Origin: Octopus sinensis
Lineage: Eukaryota
DNA: 64,000 bases
Direction: 5' to 3'
NCBI RefSeq assembly: GCF_006345805.1
Contig: NC_043007.1
Location: 59,582,001 to 59,646,000 of the forward strand
The notes beneath the pieces were generated by a model, which was not told the DNA's origin, searched no databases, and saw only the letters and a program-made list of their open reading frames with translations. Below are positions 37,956 through 51,640 of this stretch, piece after piece. Each line of letters starts with the position of its first letter. Position 1 is the stretch's first letter. Both the position numbers and the translations under genes were made by a program.

Positions 37956-40019
37956 TAATAATCCTTTCTAATCTAGGCACAAGGTCTGAAAAATTTGTTT
38001 GCGAGTGTGTTTAGGGTAAGTCGATTACATCGATCCCAGTCATCAATGATGCATGTTTTATCGACCTTAGTGAAGTTGACCTTGGTGAAATTTGAACTCA
38101 GAACATAAAGCGTGAACGCCATGAATTTTTATCTGTTTGGCAGACATCAGCACACATCAACAAATAATTATTTTGTTGATTCCTGGAAACAAGATGTGCT
38201 TTTGTTAGATTCACTGCTCCTGCTTAGTAGCTCGGACCGAGGAGAGACACAACGGGGTTGAAACACCGCTGTGTCACTATTTACCTTTATACAGGTGAAT
38301 TGCAGGTGTTATGAATACACATCGCCTAAAGGGAGGAGGTATTCTTCGATATCGAAAAACAACAGCACAGATAATCGTGTTCAAATATGCCAGAACAATT
38401 TAAGAACAAGATACATTACACATACATGCATGCATACATACATACATACATACATACATACATACATACATACATACATACATACATACATACATACATA
38501 AATACATACATACGCACACACACACACACACATATATATACATATATATTCTACATATGTATATTTGTATTTATACCCACGTACACACATCCATCTATCC
38601 ATCCATCGACACATACTGCAAGCATACATGCTACATGTGTTTGTTGTATGTGCGTGTGTGTGTATGTTTGTGTGTGTGAGTGAGTGTGTGTGAGTGTGCG
38701 TGTGTGTGCTTGTGTGTGTGTGTATGTGTGTGTGTGCTTGTGTGTGTGAACACTGACATACAGCAAACTATTTAAATCCACTCAGTGCTTTTTTGCAATA
38801 TCTATTTAAAGACAAAGAATTATTAATATATAGTGAGCACCATTAGGAGAGGTGGTGAAAAGGAGAGGAGGAAGGTAGCAGAAAAAATGTGTAAGCGTTA
38901 CGAAACACTGATAGAAAACTGTTGAATTCTATTTACTAGTTAGTGAGGGGGAAGAATGCTCACAAATTTTTAAAATTCAGCTAATTATTCCTCTTACTAA
39001 ATTCTCTGATGTATTGAATATTTCAGAACAGAACGTTACATTTTGCCTTACGTCTTCAATGTAAGAATTTAATTAGTACCTCTTCACTTTTCATGATATT
39101 TAACTTAATTTATGCTAATTTAATTATTAAACGCTGTACTGAGCCTTTACACATTCAAACACATTTATAGTTATCTTAACCCGATTACGAATGCTAAAAT
39201 CTTCTTATATTTTCTAGTCTTTAAATACCTATGATGCATTTAACATTTTTACTCTTGCATACTAGAAGGAAGTGCAACCAGTCAATCGTCACTCGCGAAC
39301 GAATATGGCTCGGCGACATGTATCGTACTTTCGCCAATTGTTATAGGTGCCTAAGTAGATGTGATCAAACATAAAAAATTTTTTATGGTTCAAATATGCA
39401 AAAACAAAAGACAAAGACAGGTGAGGAAACAAGCAGGCTTGGGAAAAGTCTTTGACATTTCGAGCCTACGCTGTTCGACAGAAAGGGATGAGAGGAGAAA
39501 AATGGAGAGAGAAGGAAAAAAAACCGAGAGAGAAAAATGTGTCGGGATTAACAGCTCCACATGTTGAAATACCCATCCTCCATACATGACCCAGTAGATC
39601 ACAAAGAAGGAGAAAGGGTTACACCATCGACTGGCTACTATTCACTTATCGTTGAGTAAGTTGGAACAACATGAAATGAAATACCTTGCTAAGGCATACA
39701 ACGAGTCGTCCGGCCCAGAAATTGTACCCACTAGCTTACGATCATGAACCAAATACCTCTGACCACTAGGCTTCGTACCTTCATATGTAACTAACTTAAT
39801 ATTTACTCATATTACTTGGGTTTCTCCCTAGCATCTTCGTCAACCCTTTATACATAACTAAATATTTTATCACGACTAAATTTAGATTCAAATTCTCTTA
39901 TTTCACTAGTATTTAACGGTCTTCGACCAACTAACAAAATGTTTCCCACTTTACCTCTAATTTGCACGTTCATTGGTTTTCAGCTAAACCTAGACAATCC
40001 ATAGTTTTTACTTTTACTT

Positions 40020-40182
40020 TTTCAATCATTGGCCTGCGGCCATGCTAGGGCACTGCCTTGAAGAACTCTAGTCGAACGAATCTACACGCGTACTTATTTA
40101 TAACTTTTTAAAGTTTGGTAATTATTGTGTCGATCTCTTTCGCCGAAACGCTAGCTTACGGGGATATATAGACACCAATAGA

Positions 40183-40250
<68 letters not shown>

Positions 40251-40432
40251 ATCTCTCTCTCTCACGCACACATACACACGACAGACTTCTTTCAGTTTCC
40301 TTCTGCCAAATCTACTAACAAAGCTTTTGTCGGCTCGAGGCTTTTGTAGAAAACATTTGTAAATGTCTTCTAAAGTTGGCCAGAGACCGGAACTTTGTGG
40401 TTGGGAAGCAAACTTCTTACTACACTGCCACA
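40020..40432 (-). mobile_element. SINE family A, diverged
   Basis: TGCGGCCATGCTAGGGCACTGCC, TTCGCCGAAACGCTA, (CA)n core, and GTGTGGCAGTGTAGTAAGAAG head on the minus strand. Confidence 0.7.
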
Positions 40433-40942
40433 TCTAAATTTATATTTGCAACATATTCAGTTTTTATTCTTTACTCTTAATTTACACCTTCACATCCTTT
40501 CTAGTACATTTTGCATCTCCTATAGTGATGGCACTGCGTTATATTTGCAAAACTTCGAAAATCTCCAATAGAGACGAAACTTTATGCAATCTATAAGCGT
40601 TTATTTAAATAAGTATTTGAAATACATCAACGGCTGCAGCTAGAAGAACAATAACAACGGCAATAAAAACTTTCATTTCGCTCTGATTCAAAGGTGAATT
40701 TTACTTGAGCACTTTGCCATTCAACTTATATTTCCAGTTATCTGCTCCTCATCATCAACACTCTAGATTGCCCTCCGAATTTCTCGAGTCACGATCAATA
40801 CTGAGTTCAAATCCCACCGTTGTAAATTTTGCCTATCGCCCCTTCGACGGTCAGTATATTAAAGCACCAATCAAGTGGGGGTCGGTGTAATCGATTTCTT
40901 TTCTTCTACGAAAACTACAATCTTCTACAAAATTTAGAAAGA

Positions 40943-40997
<55 letters not shown>

Positions 40998-41007
40998 TTT
41001 ATTGTTG

Positions 41008-41075
<68 letters not shown>

Positions 41076-41469
41076 GAGTGAGGGAGCAGCGCATGCCATC
41101 AAAGTGACACTGGGGTAAAATATACGAAGCCCAGTATACCCATCATGACTACCCGGATTGTTTAAGGATGCTGAACGAACCATCCATGTTTCCAAAGGTG
41201 AATTATTCAAACCGCAAATAATCCCTCTCAACACATGGCTATGATGCTCCCCCACTACTTCTGCTCGAGATCAGAGATGCACATATCGTCAGCCACTAAG
41301 AAACGTGCTCAACTGGTTACGGTCAAACAACTGACAAGCAAATCTGTGGTATTGAGCAGAATATTTGCTGTAGCCCATCTTTTATACCAAGACAAAACGA
41401 TATACATAACACTTCCAATCAGTTAAGAAAAGAAGCCATGAGACCCACTGCCCGGTACTGCATCAGGGC

Positions 41470-41472
<3 letters not shown>
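41076..41472 (-). mobile_element. ~520-550 bp element, copy 4 (internal deletion)
   Basis: Both termini are intact and about 150 bp is missing after CATGACTACCCG. (TTA)n flanks. Confidence 0.85.
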
Positions 41473-41503
<31 letters not shown>

Positions 41504-41511
41504 TATTATTA

Positions 41512-41554
<43 letters not shown>

Positions 41555-41720
41555 TTTCCTTCGTAACGCAGTTTAGGTAAAAATGCACCGGAGTCTTTAG
41601 TCATCTGTCAAAATCACAACAAGGACCTCAGACAGTTAATACTTTCCTCTAGATGTGCGCTGTTCCCAATGTGGCTGCTTTTTGCAAGACATCAATCTTA
41701 CATGGGATTTCCAGTTGCCT

Positions 41721-41774
<54 letters not shown>

Positions 41775-41789
41775 CACTACTACTACTAA

Positions 41790-42004
41790 GAAAGGTGGTA
41801 AGCTGACAGAATAGTTAGCACGCTAGGCGAAATGCTTAACGGCATTTCATCCGTCTCTACGTTCTGAGTTCAAATAATGCCGATGTCGACTTTGTCTTTC
41901 ATCCTTTCGGGATCGATAATTTAAGTACCAGCGGAGTACCGGAGTCGTTGTAATTGATTAACCTCCTCCCTCAAATTTCAGGCCTTGTGCCTATAGTATA
42001 AAAG

Positions 42005-42005
<1 letters not shown>
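41790..42005 (+). mobile_element. tRNA-derived SINE family B, full length
   Basis: AAGGTGGTAAGCTGACAGAATAGTTAGCAC...GAGTTCAAAT...TCAGGCCTTGTGCCTATAG, then an (ATT)n tail. Confidence 0.8.
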
Positions 42006-42049
<44 letters not shown>

Positions 42050-44019
42050 GGTGAATGCTTAAGCGAACACATATCAGTGTCAGATCTACACGAAAAACCT
42101 ATTATCTTAATAAATAAAGTGTCTTTTGTAATTTAGTTTCGTTTTGTCAACAAAAACTTCTAAAAATTTGATCGCAGTCCTTAAGTTAAAAACGAAAAAA
42201 AAAAAATAAAATTCGTCGAAATGTATATATTTCTGTCATAGGTCATTTTTAATATTCACTTGACTTGCAAGATGGCTGCCTCAGACGTAAAAAGAAGAGT
42301 TGCTCCTCGCCACAGTTACAGCAACAGTAGTCTCAATAATGTAAACAAACACGCACCAAATTATTCCCAAACATAAAAAGAGATTTAAAAAAAAATGCTA
42401 GACAATGTAATTACTAAACAAACAGAGATTCAAGTTTAGGCTTGCGCTTGCATAATGGGAAGCACACACACAAAAACACACACACACACACCTATACATA
42501 CATATATACACACACACACACATATATATCCACACGCACACAATCATACACCCCCATCCTGCACACATACATTCAGACCACACACGAAAGAATAAGTTTG
42601 AAAAAATAATTTGAAGGAGAAAACAAAATAAACAGTATGAACAACAATGACACCACTCAAACCACAACCATCACAACCATCACAACCACGACCACCACGA
42701 CCACCGCCGCCGCTAATAACAACACCAACAATAAAGACAACAAAAATAAGAAAAACAAAATCGACAGTCCATGTTTTTCAATAGTTGTGGGGAAAAAAGA
42801 CCACTTCATTTGAGCTAACTTAAGGAGAGTTGTAAGAGAAAGAAGATGAAATAGGAGAAAAGAGAGGGAGAGTGGAGAGAGAGGAGAGAGAGTGTGTGTG
42901 TTTCAGTGTGCGTGGGAAACCGTTATCATTAATGGCTCCTTAGTGTTTTGGAAATAAGTACGATCGAGCGATAGTTAGCAGGGCCAGGGAAGTTGCTCTT
43001 TATGGGAATGCAGCACATTGTAGTGTGTTTCCAAAGATTAGGACCGTTCCTGATAGGTCAGCAGTAAAACTTGAATACTGGTAGGAGTGGTGAGAGCAAA
43101 ATGGCAGATATGGACCAGTTGGCTGAATTGAGGTACCATGGAGTAAGGGAATATAGAGTGTTATGTAATATGTGGATTTTTGATGGGTACTTGCGATAAG
43201 GCAGTGGTCAGATGGCCTGATAGGTAGAGAGGCAGTTTGGTTAATATTTCCTTGTTGTTATAAATTTTGTTATGACACAATGCGATTATACACTGCTTGT
43301 TTGAATTTACATTCCAAGCAATGTTTTTTATTTCCGTGCTGTGTCTTGTGTATCTGTTCATAGAAATGTGTGAATTTCGATTTTGTGTCCCCTGTCTTGA
43401 AGAACAAGAAAGCAATTTGTAACTCTTTTTCTTCTAATTTACATTCTAGCAAAATGACATATGGTCAGGGAAGCGCATCTTAAAGAAAAAAATTAGAAAT
43501 GAAAACAATTATACAGAAAAGAAATAAGCAAAAATGAAAACGAGCAAGATTATTTTATAACAAAATACAATAAGAGAAAACAGAATAATACTTCATCAGG
43601 CAATAACACTAATATAAGCAATAAAGCAACACTAATAACAACATTCTCACACATTATGTCAAAGCTAAAATAATTATGGAAGCTTGTATGTCAGTAAAGA
43701 TGGCGCGATTCTTCTAACAATGTTACAACGACCAAGTTTATATATGGATCATCCAGAAAAAGGTTTGACAGTTGTACGTAACGAAAACAAGTGCATATTT
43801 GTCTGGGGCTATTAGAAAATGCGAGGAAGAAAGTAATCTACTAGGGTATTTCTAAAGCTACTGGGGCTTTTGTTACGCCTCAAAAGAACAGTTACAAACA
43901 ACTCTGGCTGTTTCGGGAAGTGTAATCATGGCCTATCTCGGACATGAAAGTTCTTCTGGAATGTGAGTATCGAGTTGAAATTGTACATTACACGCCAGCC
44001 CATAGGCTAGCATCCGACT

Positions 44020-47000
44020 AAATTCCCCAACTCGAGCCCTCCAAGTTCACCACCACAACCACCACAGAAAGAAGAATATAAGCGGAACAAATGGACCCGA
44101 GAAGAGTATAAAGAAGTAATATACGCTTATTACTATGCATTAGGTAGGCCATCTCAAGAGAGACACACCGCAAACTCTTACAGTATATGGAGAACACGGT
44201 ATCAAGACAGTAGGCCCTATTTGGACGAGAACAAATTGGCAAATGTGAGGAGGGATATCCTTAGAAATAACAGACTGAAAGACAGTGAAATAAGCGCGAT
44301 CAAGCACGCAACGGAAAATGACATAAATATAAGACACAAAGGAAATGAAGAATCAGATGAACAGTATAGCCCGCCACGAGGCTTAATTGAAAGACTGCCA
44401 TCTGACCAAAGTACGCAAAGGCCTGAAGATACAAGAAATCCTATTGTACCTGTTAAAGATAGCCAGGAAAATTATAAAACAACAGTAACTGAAGATCTCG
44501 CATTAGCTGAAGAACACAGAGAGTCTATGGCAGAAATGAGGCAGAAAATCCTGAATACGCTTGAAGTTGTAAGACATACAAGTATGAATGATAGAAAACC
44601 ACTTCATAAACTCTCAAATACAAACCAAAATAAAAAACAAATCCAAATTGGCAACTATGTAACAAATGAAATAATACAAGAATTAAAACCTGATTTTACT
44701 GAGTTAAATGAAATTATCTACGCTTCTGCTAGGGCAATTGAAACCAGCTGTATGCCCCCGAAAAAAACAAAGAGAACCAAACCTGGGAAGAAACCAAACC
44801 TGGAGAAGTAAAATTGAAAAAGAGATTGAATTTATGAGAGGGGAAATATCAATATTAAATGAACTAATATGTGGAAATGATGTAAGATCCAGAACAGGAA
44901 GAAAGATGAAGAGAAAATTTTGATCCTCACCAAGAGAAGAACTGATATCAATAAAAGAAACGCTGAAACAAAAAGTCCAAGCAAAAGCCCAAAAACTACG
45001 AAGATTTGAGAAGAGAAACAAGTTTTACAAACAAAATAAGCTGTTCACATCCAATGCCAAACAATTCTACAGAGAAATAGGGAAGGAGAAAGTAACCGTT
45101 AAAGACCCCCTTCCCATGGAAGAAGTTCAAAACTTTTGGAAAAGGATTTGGAGTGACAAGGAGACGTACAACATATATGCAGACTGGATTATACAAACTG
45201 AAGGATCCTACCAAAATTTACAACAACAAGCATAGGAAGACATCACAATAGCAGACCTATGAAAGGCACTCACGAAGGCCCATAATTGGAAATCCCCCGG
45301 TAAAGATAGGGTGCCGAATTTCTGGCTCGCATCGCTCCCATGCGCACACGGTAAGCTAGTTCAGCTGCTCAATGGAATTATGAGAGACCCAAAGAAAGCA
45401 CCTGAATGGTTAGCAAGTGGTATTACTTACCTACTCCCAAAGAATAATGAAACCAACCTTCCAAAAAACTATCGGCCTATAACCTGTCTATCCACCACGT
45501 ATAAAATCCTAACATTTATCCTGGCGGAGAAAACATATGCATTCTTGGAGAAGAACGATATTTTCCCCATTGAACAAAAAGAGTGCCACCGAGGCTCATA
45601 CGGATGCAAAGATCAACTGCTAATTAATCGTATGATCCTTGAGAACTGTCGCAACAAGCGCAGAAATCTCAGCTCCGCATGGATTGACTATAAAAAGGCC
45701 TTCGACAGTATACCGCATCCATGGATCTTGAGATCGCTGGACACCTTCAAAATTTCCCCTGTGATTTCAAACTTCCTGAAGCACAATATGTCGTTATGGA
45801 ATACGAATCTCCAATTATACCACTCTAATGGAGTACTTGCCTCAGAGAATATAAACATCAACTGTGGAATTTTTCAAGGTGACTCACTTTCACCTTTAAT
45901 ATTCTGCATAGCCCTAATACCCCTTACAAGTGAATTAAACAGAACAGGGTATGGGTATAAATTGCCAACAAAAAAATAAGCCATCTATTTTATATGGATG
46001 ACTTAAAACTCTATGGTAAAGACAATAATGAACTTGAAGACCTATTGCGCACTGTGAAAGCCTTCAGCGATGACATCGGGATGGAGTTTGGACTTGAGAA
46101 GTGTGTCAAGGCAACTTTCCAGAAAGGGAAAGTGAAGACCACAAATTCAGTTGTGTTAGATGTTGACCCAGTCATAAGAGTGCTTGAGCAAGAACAAACA
46201 TACAAATATTTAGGGATAAATGAAGGCTCTGGTATTCAGCATGCAAGCATGAAAGAGAAAATCAGGAAGGAATGTTATAGGAGAGTTCGTGCAGTCCTGA
46301 AATCTGAACTAAATGCACGTAACAAGGTGTTAGCTATAAATTCCTTAGCAGTTCAAGTTGTTACTTATAGCTACAATGTGTTGAACTGGAATATGAGTGA
46401 AGTAAAGAATATAGATAGTAAAATACGCAAGCTGCTGAGTTGTAATAGGATGCACCACCCAAAGGCAGACGTAGATCGCCTTTACCTTCCCAGAGCCCAA
46501 GGAGGTCGAGGCCTGATCCAATTTGAACTAGCTTACAAAACAACCACAATTGGACTGGCCAAATATCTTGTAATAACGAATGACTGGATGCTAAAGCTCG
46601 TGGAAAATCACGAGAGACGAAAGAAGCTTCATTCTATCATAAAGGAAAGCAAAAGATTTGCTATTGATCTCGTGCAGGATACCCAAACTGAACAACCCGA
46701 GGGAAGTACGGCAACTATTGTTGCAAAGAAGGTGAAAATAATGGCAACGAAAAAAGCGCACGAGCAATTGGCTGATAGGTGGGAGGAGAAACCTCTGCAC
46801 GGCAAATATGTGGCCCGCAGCAAACAAGCTGATGTTGACCAGAAGCAAACCCATCAGTGGCTACGGAGCTCAGGGCTAAAAGCAGAGAGCGAAGGTTTCA
46901 TCCTGGCTGCTCAAGATCAAAGCCTATTAACCCGGAACTACCAGGCCAAATTGATGAAAAATGGAACAGACCCAAAATGCCGATTCTGCAACGATATGAT

Positions 47001-47710
47001 TGAAACAGTGGACCACCTAATCTCTGGATGTAAAGTCTTAGCACCAGTGGAGTATAAATTAAGACATGACAGAGTTGGCCAATATCTACACTGGCTAATA
47101 AGTCGGCATTTCAATATCAAAACTGCCGACAAGTGGTATAATCACCACCCTGAGGCTGTAACTGAAGGAGAAAATGTAACGATTCTGTGGGACTTTCCAG
47201 TACATACAGACCGAACCATCAAGGCCAATAAACCAGATATTGCTGTGAAAGACCAAAACAATAAAGTTTGCTTATTGATCGACATGAGCATCCCCTGTGA
47301 TCATAATATCTCAGCGAAAGAGTTTGACAAGCTCAGAAAATATAAAGACCTACTCATTGAAATTGAGAAAATGTGGCATCTCAAGGCGGTTACAATACCA
47401 GTGATCGTAGGAGCACTAGGAATGATCAAGAAGGGAACCGAAAATTATATGAGAATGATCCCTGGCTTACCATCCCTGCAAGAAGTGCAAAAGATTGTCT
47501 TAACTGGTACATCACACGTATTGAGAAGAGCATTGTCGATGTGAGAATTATTACTACCCATGTATTTTAATTTAACTTTTAAAAAAAATGAACGAACTAT
47601 TGAGTTTAGTTTAATGGCCTACCAATGTATACTATGAATTTCTTTGCCCTAGGAGTCGGGAAGACACTCCGGCAAGAAATGGAAGCAAATTTGAAAGAAG
47701 AAAAAAAGAT
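44020..47710 (+). mobile_element. R4/Dong-like LINE subfamily B, near full length, disrupted (copy 2)
   Basis: Collinear with and highly similar to 4820-8512. ORFs 44221..44811, 44708..44923, 45311..45979 and 45994..47544 (RT C-terminus + CCHC + RLE open for 516 aa). (TAA)n tail. Confidence 0.95.
45994..47544 (+). pseudogene. RT C-terminus, zinc knuckle and restriction-like endonuclease of R4/Dong LINE
   Basis: MDDLKLY, FGLEKC, CRFC..ETVDHLISGC, RHDRVG, KPDI, LIDM, KYKDL. Confidence 0.92.
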
Positions 47711-47716
47711 AATAAC

Positions 47717-47789
<73 letters not shown>

Positions 47790-48600
47790 GCTTTCCTTTC
47801 TGCAACCATAGCTATGTCTTACTACTACTATTTGCTGCAAAGATAGTTGCAGCAAATAGTAGTAGTGAGACATGGCTATGTTTGCAGAAAAGAAAGCTGA
47901 AAAGGGAGACAGAAAGTGTGCTAGTAGCTGCATAAGATCAAGCATTAAGGACAAACTGGATAAAAGCCGAGACAGACAAAAACCAAGTAGATATTTCCAA
48001 TGTTGGTTATGCAAATCAGTAGAGGAAAGTATTACTCATATAGTAAGTGAATGTAGCATGCTGGCACAGAATAAATACAAAAAAAGACATGACAACCTAG
48101 GGAGAGTAATCTTCTATGTGGTATGTAAAAAGCTAGGATTTGAACATACTGATAAATGGTATGAAAATGAACCTAGTAAAGGACTAGAAAATAAGAAATA
48201 CAAGAGGTTGTGGACTTTAACATTCAGACCGACAGAAGCTAAAAGGCCTGATTTAGCAGTAGTAAATAAAGAGAATAGAAAGTGCCAGATAATTGACTTT
48301 TCAGTCCCAAATGTTGAAAAAATCAATATGGGCCGTATAGAAAAAATAGCAAAGTATCAGGACCGAGCCATTAAATTACAGAGACTATGGAAAGTGCATG
48401 TAAAATGTATCCCAGTAATTATAGGTGCATTGGGAACTATCACCAAAGATTTGAACAGAGGAAATAGACATAAAACCCAGTTCAATGCAGCTCCAGAAAA
48501 TAGTATTACTAGAGACTGCTAGGATACTTAGGAGGGTTCTTGGCATCTAAGATTACTTGTTGTAGCCCGATGTTAGGCTATTTTCTTTTCCAACAGTCTA
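47790..48600 (+). mobile_element. R4/Dong-like LINE subfamily D, 3' fragment with 5' fold-back duplication
   Basis: ORF 47872..48522 (CWLC..ESITHIVSEC, RHDNLG, KRPDL, KYQD). Homologous to 27630-28360. Confidence 0.88.
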
Positions 48601-48849
48601 ACCTGTTGTTTGTATATGAAAATAATAATGATAATAATCCTTTCTGCTATAGTCGTGATATTTGAGGGGAGGGGGCTAGTCGATTACATCGATTCAGTGC
48701 GTAACGGGTACTAAATTCTTAGACATCAAAAGGATGAAAGGCAAAATCGACCTCCGTGACATTTGAACTAACATCGTAAACACGGACGAAATTCTGCTAA
48801 GCAATTTGCCCGGTGTGCTAACGATTCTGCCAGCTCGTTGCCTTACAAA

Positions 48850-49377
48850 AGCAAAGACTGGCCAAAGATCTTGAAACATCTAACGACTGAATGCTAAAAC
48901 TCGTTAAAAACCACGAGAAACGTAAGATATTTCATTCTGTCGTGAAGGAGCGCAAAAAATTTACTGCTGAATTCATACATAATAATATCCAGATTGAACA
49001 GCGCGATGAAGCGCGGCATTTGTTGTTGGAAAGAAAGTGAAGTCTATGACAAAGCAAAAAAGCGTTTGAACAATTGGCTGATAGGTGGGGACAAAAATCT
49101 CAGCATGCTAAATATGTGGCCCGTAGTAAACAAGCTGATGTAGACTAGAAGCACATCCATCAGTAGCTATGGAGCTCAGGGCTAAAGGCCGAGAGCGAAG
49201 GCTTTATCTTAGCTGCTTGACTCGGAACTATGGAGTAGACTTAAGGTGCTGTTACTGCAACAAAGAGATTGACACAGTGGACCACCTAATCTCGGGTGTA
49301 AAGCTTTAGCACTAGTAGAGTATAAATCCAGACATGACAGAGTTGGCCACTATCTACACTGGATAATATGTCGGCTT
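48850..49377 (+). mobile_element. Subfamily B-related LINE fragment, degraded
   Basis: GACTGAATGCTAAAACTCGTT, CAATTGGCTGATAGGTGGG, GCTCAGGGCTAAAGGCCGAGAGCGAAGG and AGACATGACAGAGTTGGCC match copies 1 and 2. Confidence 0.8.
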
Positions 49378-49466
49378 TTACTTTTCGTTATGCTATGTAT
49401 GTAATAGTTGTATACTATATTGTATGAGCCAACGAGAGAGAAAGTGAGAGAGTCTGGTGGGCGAAA

Positions 49467-49843
49467 TCTCTCTCTATATATAAACGGCAGTTTGTCTGTG
49501 CGTTTTCTGTGTGTCTGTTTTCTCGTACCCTCACTCTGACCACGGCTTTCAAACGACTGATGAAACTTGACACACACATAGCCCAATGTCTAATTCAAAA
49601 CTAACGCAGCGAAATTTTGAAAAGTTCCCCCAGTTCTGAAAAAATCGATAATTCGACATGGGGTCGAGAATCAGAACACCCAAACCACAGACGTCTAGGG
49701 ACGCAAACTCCACCTTTTTAACTCTCAAAAAAATTTACCATCCTTTTTTTTCCATTTTTTTGCTATTTTTTGGCTATAACTCTCTAAAAAGCTTTATAGT
49801 TATTTCCCTTACAAACCTGAGCAACGCCGGGCGATACTGCTAG
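49467..49843 (+). mobile_element. Non-autonomous Helitron
   Basis: 5' TC(TC)TATATATAA, 3' hairpin CCTGAGCAACGCCGGG then CTAG (49840-49843). Inserted between A49466 and T49844 with no TSD. Confidence 0.8.
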
Positions 49844-49962
49844 TAGTAATTAAATCTCCCTCGCTTTCATTATATTCCCCAGTTTCATTATATTCCCCAC
49901 TTTGAATACCGCCGTAACTACCGCAACAGCAACAACAACAACAACAACTACTACTACTGCTG

Positions 49963-49998
<36 letters not shown>

Positions 49999-50610
49999 TA
50001 CTACTACTACTACTATCATCACGTTCACTATAACTACCATTAACATGCCCAATAAGACCGAACCCTCACCGCCCTCTCCATCATCGTTTCACAGTCGCTA
50101 CCTACATTCTCGCCGCCATCTTTATAGTAAGAACTACCAAAATAACCACTGCCGCCACCATCATCACCGTCATAACCACCATCACCCCATCACCACTACC
50201 GCCACCACCGCTACTGATTTTGTTACCACTTCATGCAAACATCTCCACCATTACAATACATTCAATTACCTCTTTCAATACAAACTTCCAGAACAATCCT
50301 GCACTCCGTTTGTACCATCATTACTATCACAACAATAATCACATTCACAACCACCACCACATGCATCACCACCACCACCACCACCCACCACCACCACGGC
50401 CGTGACCACCTTCATCATCACCACTCCATCCTACCATCATCACTACCACCATCGCCACCGCCACCGTAACCACCCCAATCCCTCCCATCACCACACCATT
50501 GCTACTATCATCTTCATCATCACCACCACCATCATTACCATTGCCGCCACCATAACCATCACAACCACCACCACCACCACCACATTATTATTATTATTAT
50601 TATTATTATT

Positions 50611-51165
50611 GAGTGAGAGAGCAGTGCATGCCATTAAAGTGACACTGGGGTAAAATATATGAAGCCCAGTATACCCATCATGAGTACCCGTCTGATAAGG
50701 GTACACTAGGCACATGCATCACAACCATATGTGCGCGACATGGTGATCTCATATCAAGATAAACAGCGCATGACCTTGCAGGTGGGGCCCAGTTAGAATT
50801 TTCTTCTGGTTGAGTAACCCAATCCGCTCAAACGGTCCCTGAATAAGGGTTGTTTAAGGATGTTGAACGAAACACCCATGTTTCCAGAGGTGAATTATTC
50901 AAACCCCAAAGAATCCCTCTCAACACATGGCTATGATGCTCCCCCACTACTTCTGCTCGTGATCAGAGATGCACATATCGTCAGCCACTAAGGGACATGC
51001 TCAACTGGTTAAGGTCAAACAACTGACAAGCAAATCCGTGGTATTGAGCAGAATACTTGCTGTAGCCCATCTTCTATACCAAGACAAAACAATGTACAAC
51101 ATAACACTTCCAATCAGTTAAGATAAGAAGCCATGAGCCACTGCCTGGTACTGCATCAGGGCATT
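50611..51165 (-). mobile_element. ~520-550 bp element, copy 5 (full length)
   Basis: GAGTGAGAGAGCAG...CATCAGGGCATTT with (TTA)n on both sides. Confidence 0.9.
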
Positions 51166-51186
51166 TATTATTATTATTATTATTAA

Positions 51187-51252
<66 letters not shown>

Positions 51253-51254
<2 letters not shown>

Positions 51255-51572
51255 TATATTTGACTTTTGCTTTATGTCTGTACAAGTTGGCTCCAAGTCT
51301 CACCCAGATACCCCAAGAGACAACAGGTTGGAAGTTCTGTGCCATATATTTGGGGTTTTTTTTTGTTTTTTTTTTGGTGTTGTACTAGTGAATGTCTAAT
51401 ACATAAAAAAAATGTAAAAAAAAAAAAAAGTTTGTTTTAAACCTTGGGATTACATAGAGAGTATTTTGCGTAGGATATGAGCAGTTTCCATGAGCACTAT
51501 CTTTTGAATTTCTGCCATTTTGGGGTTTCCTGGTATCTGAGTTAGGTAGCAATCAGTCCCTTTCGCTATCGC
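51253..51572 (-). mobile_element. Subfamily F LINE, short 3' end
   Basis: Matches 21530-21860. Confidence 0.85.
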
Positions 51573-51575
51573 GAA

Positions 51576-51640
<65 letters not shown>

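Noticed and set aside
38210-38345. Candidate 86-nt exon (TTTTGTTAG ... CAG/GTGAAT) with one open frame
   Set aside because: No recognisable protein or partner exons. Such splice-like signals are expected by chance.
43161-43452. ORF with IAWNVNS resembling an APE endonuclease start
   Set aside because: Only one short motif is present. No downstream E, GDFN or SDH motifs could be read in any frame.
43450-43600. CTGATGA ... CATATGTC on the minus strand
   Set aside because: GAAA core is absent (GACC) and neither stem I nor stem II pairs.
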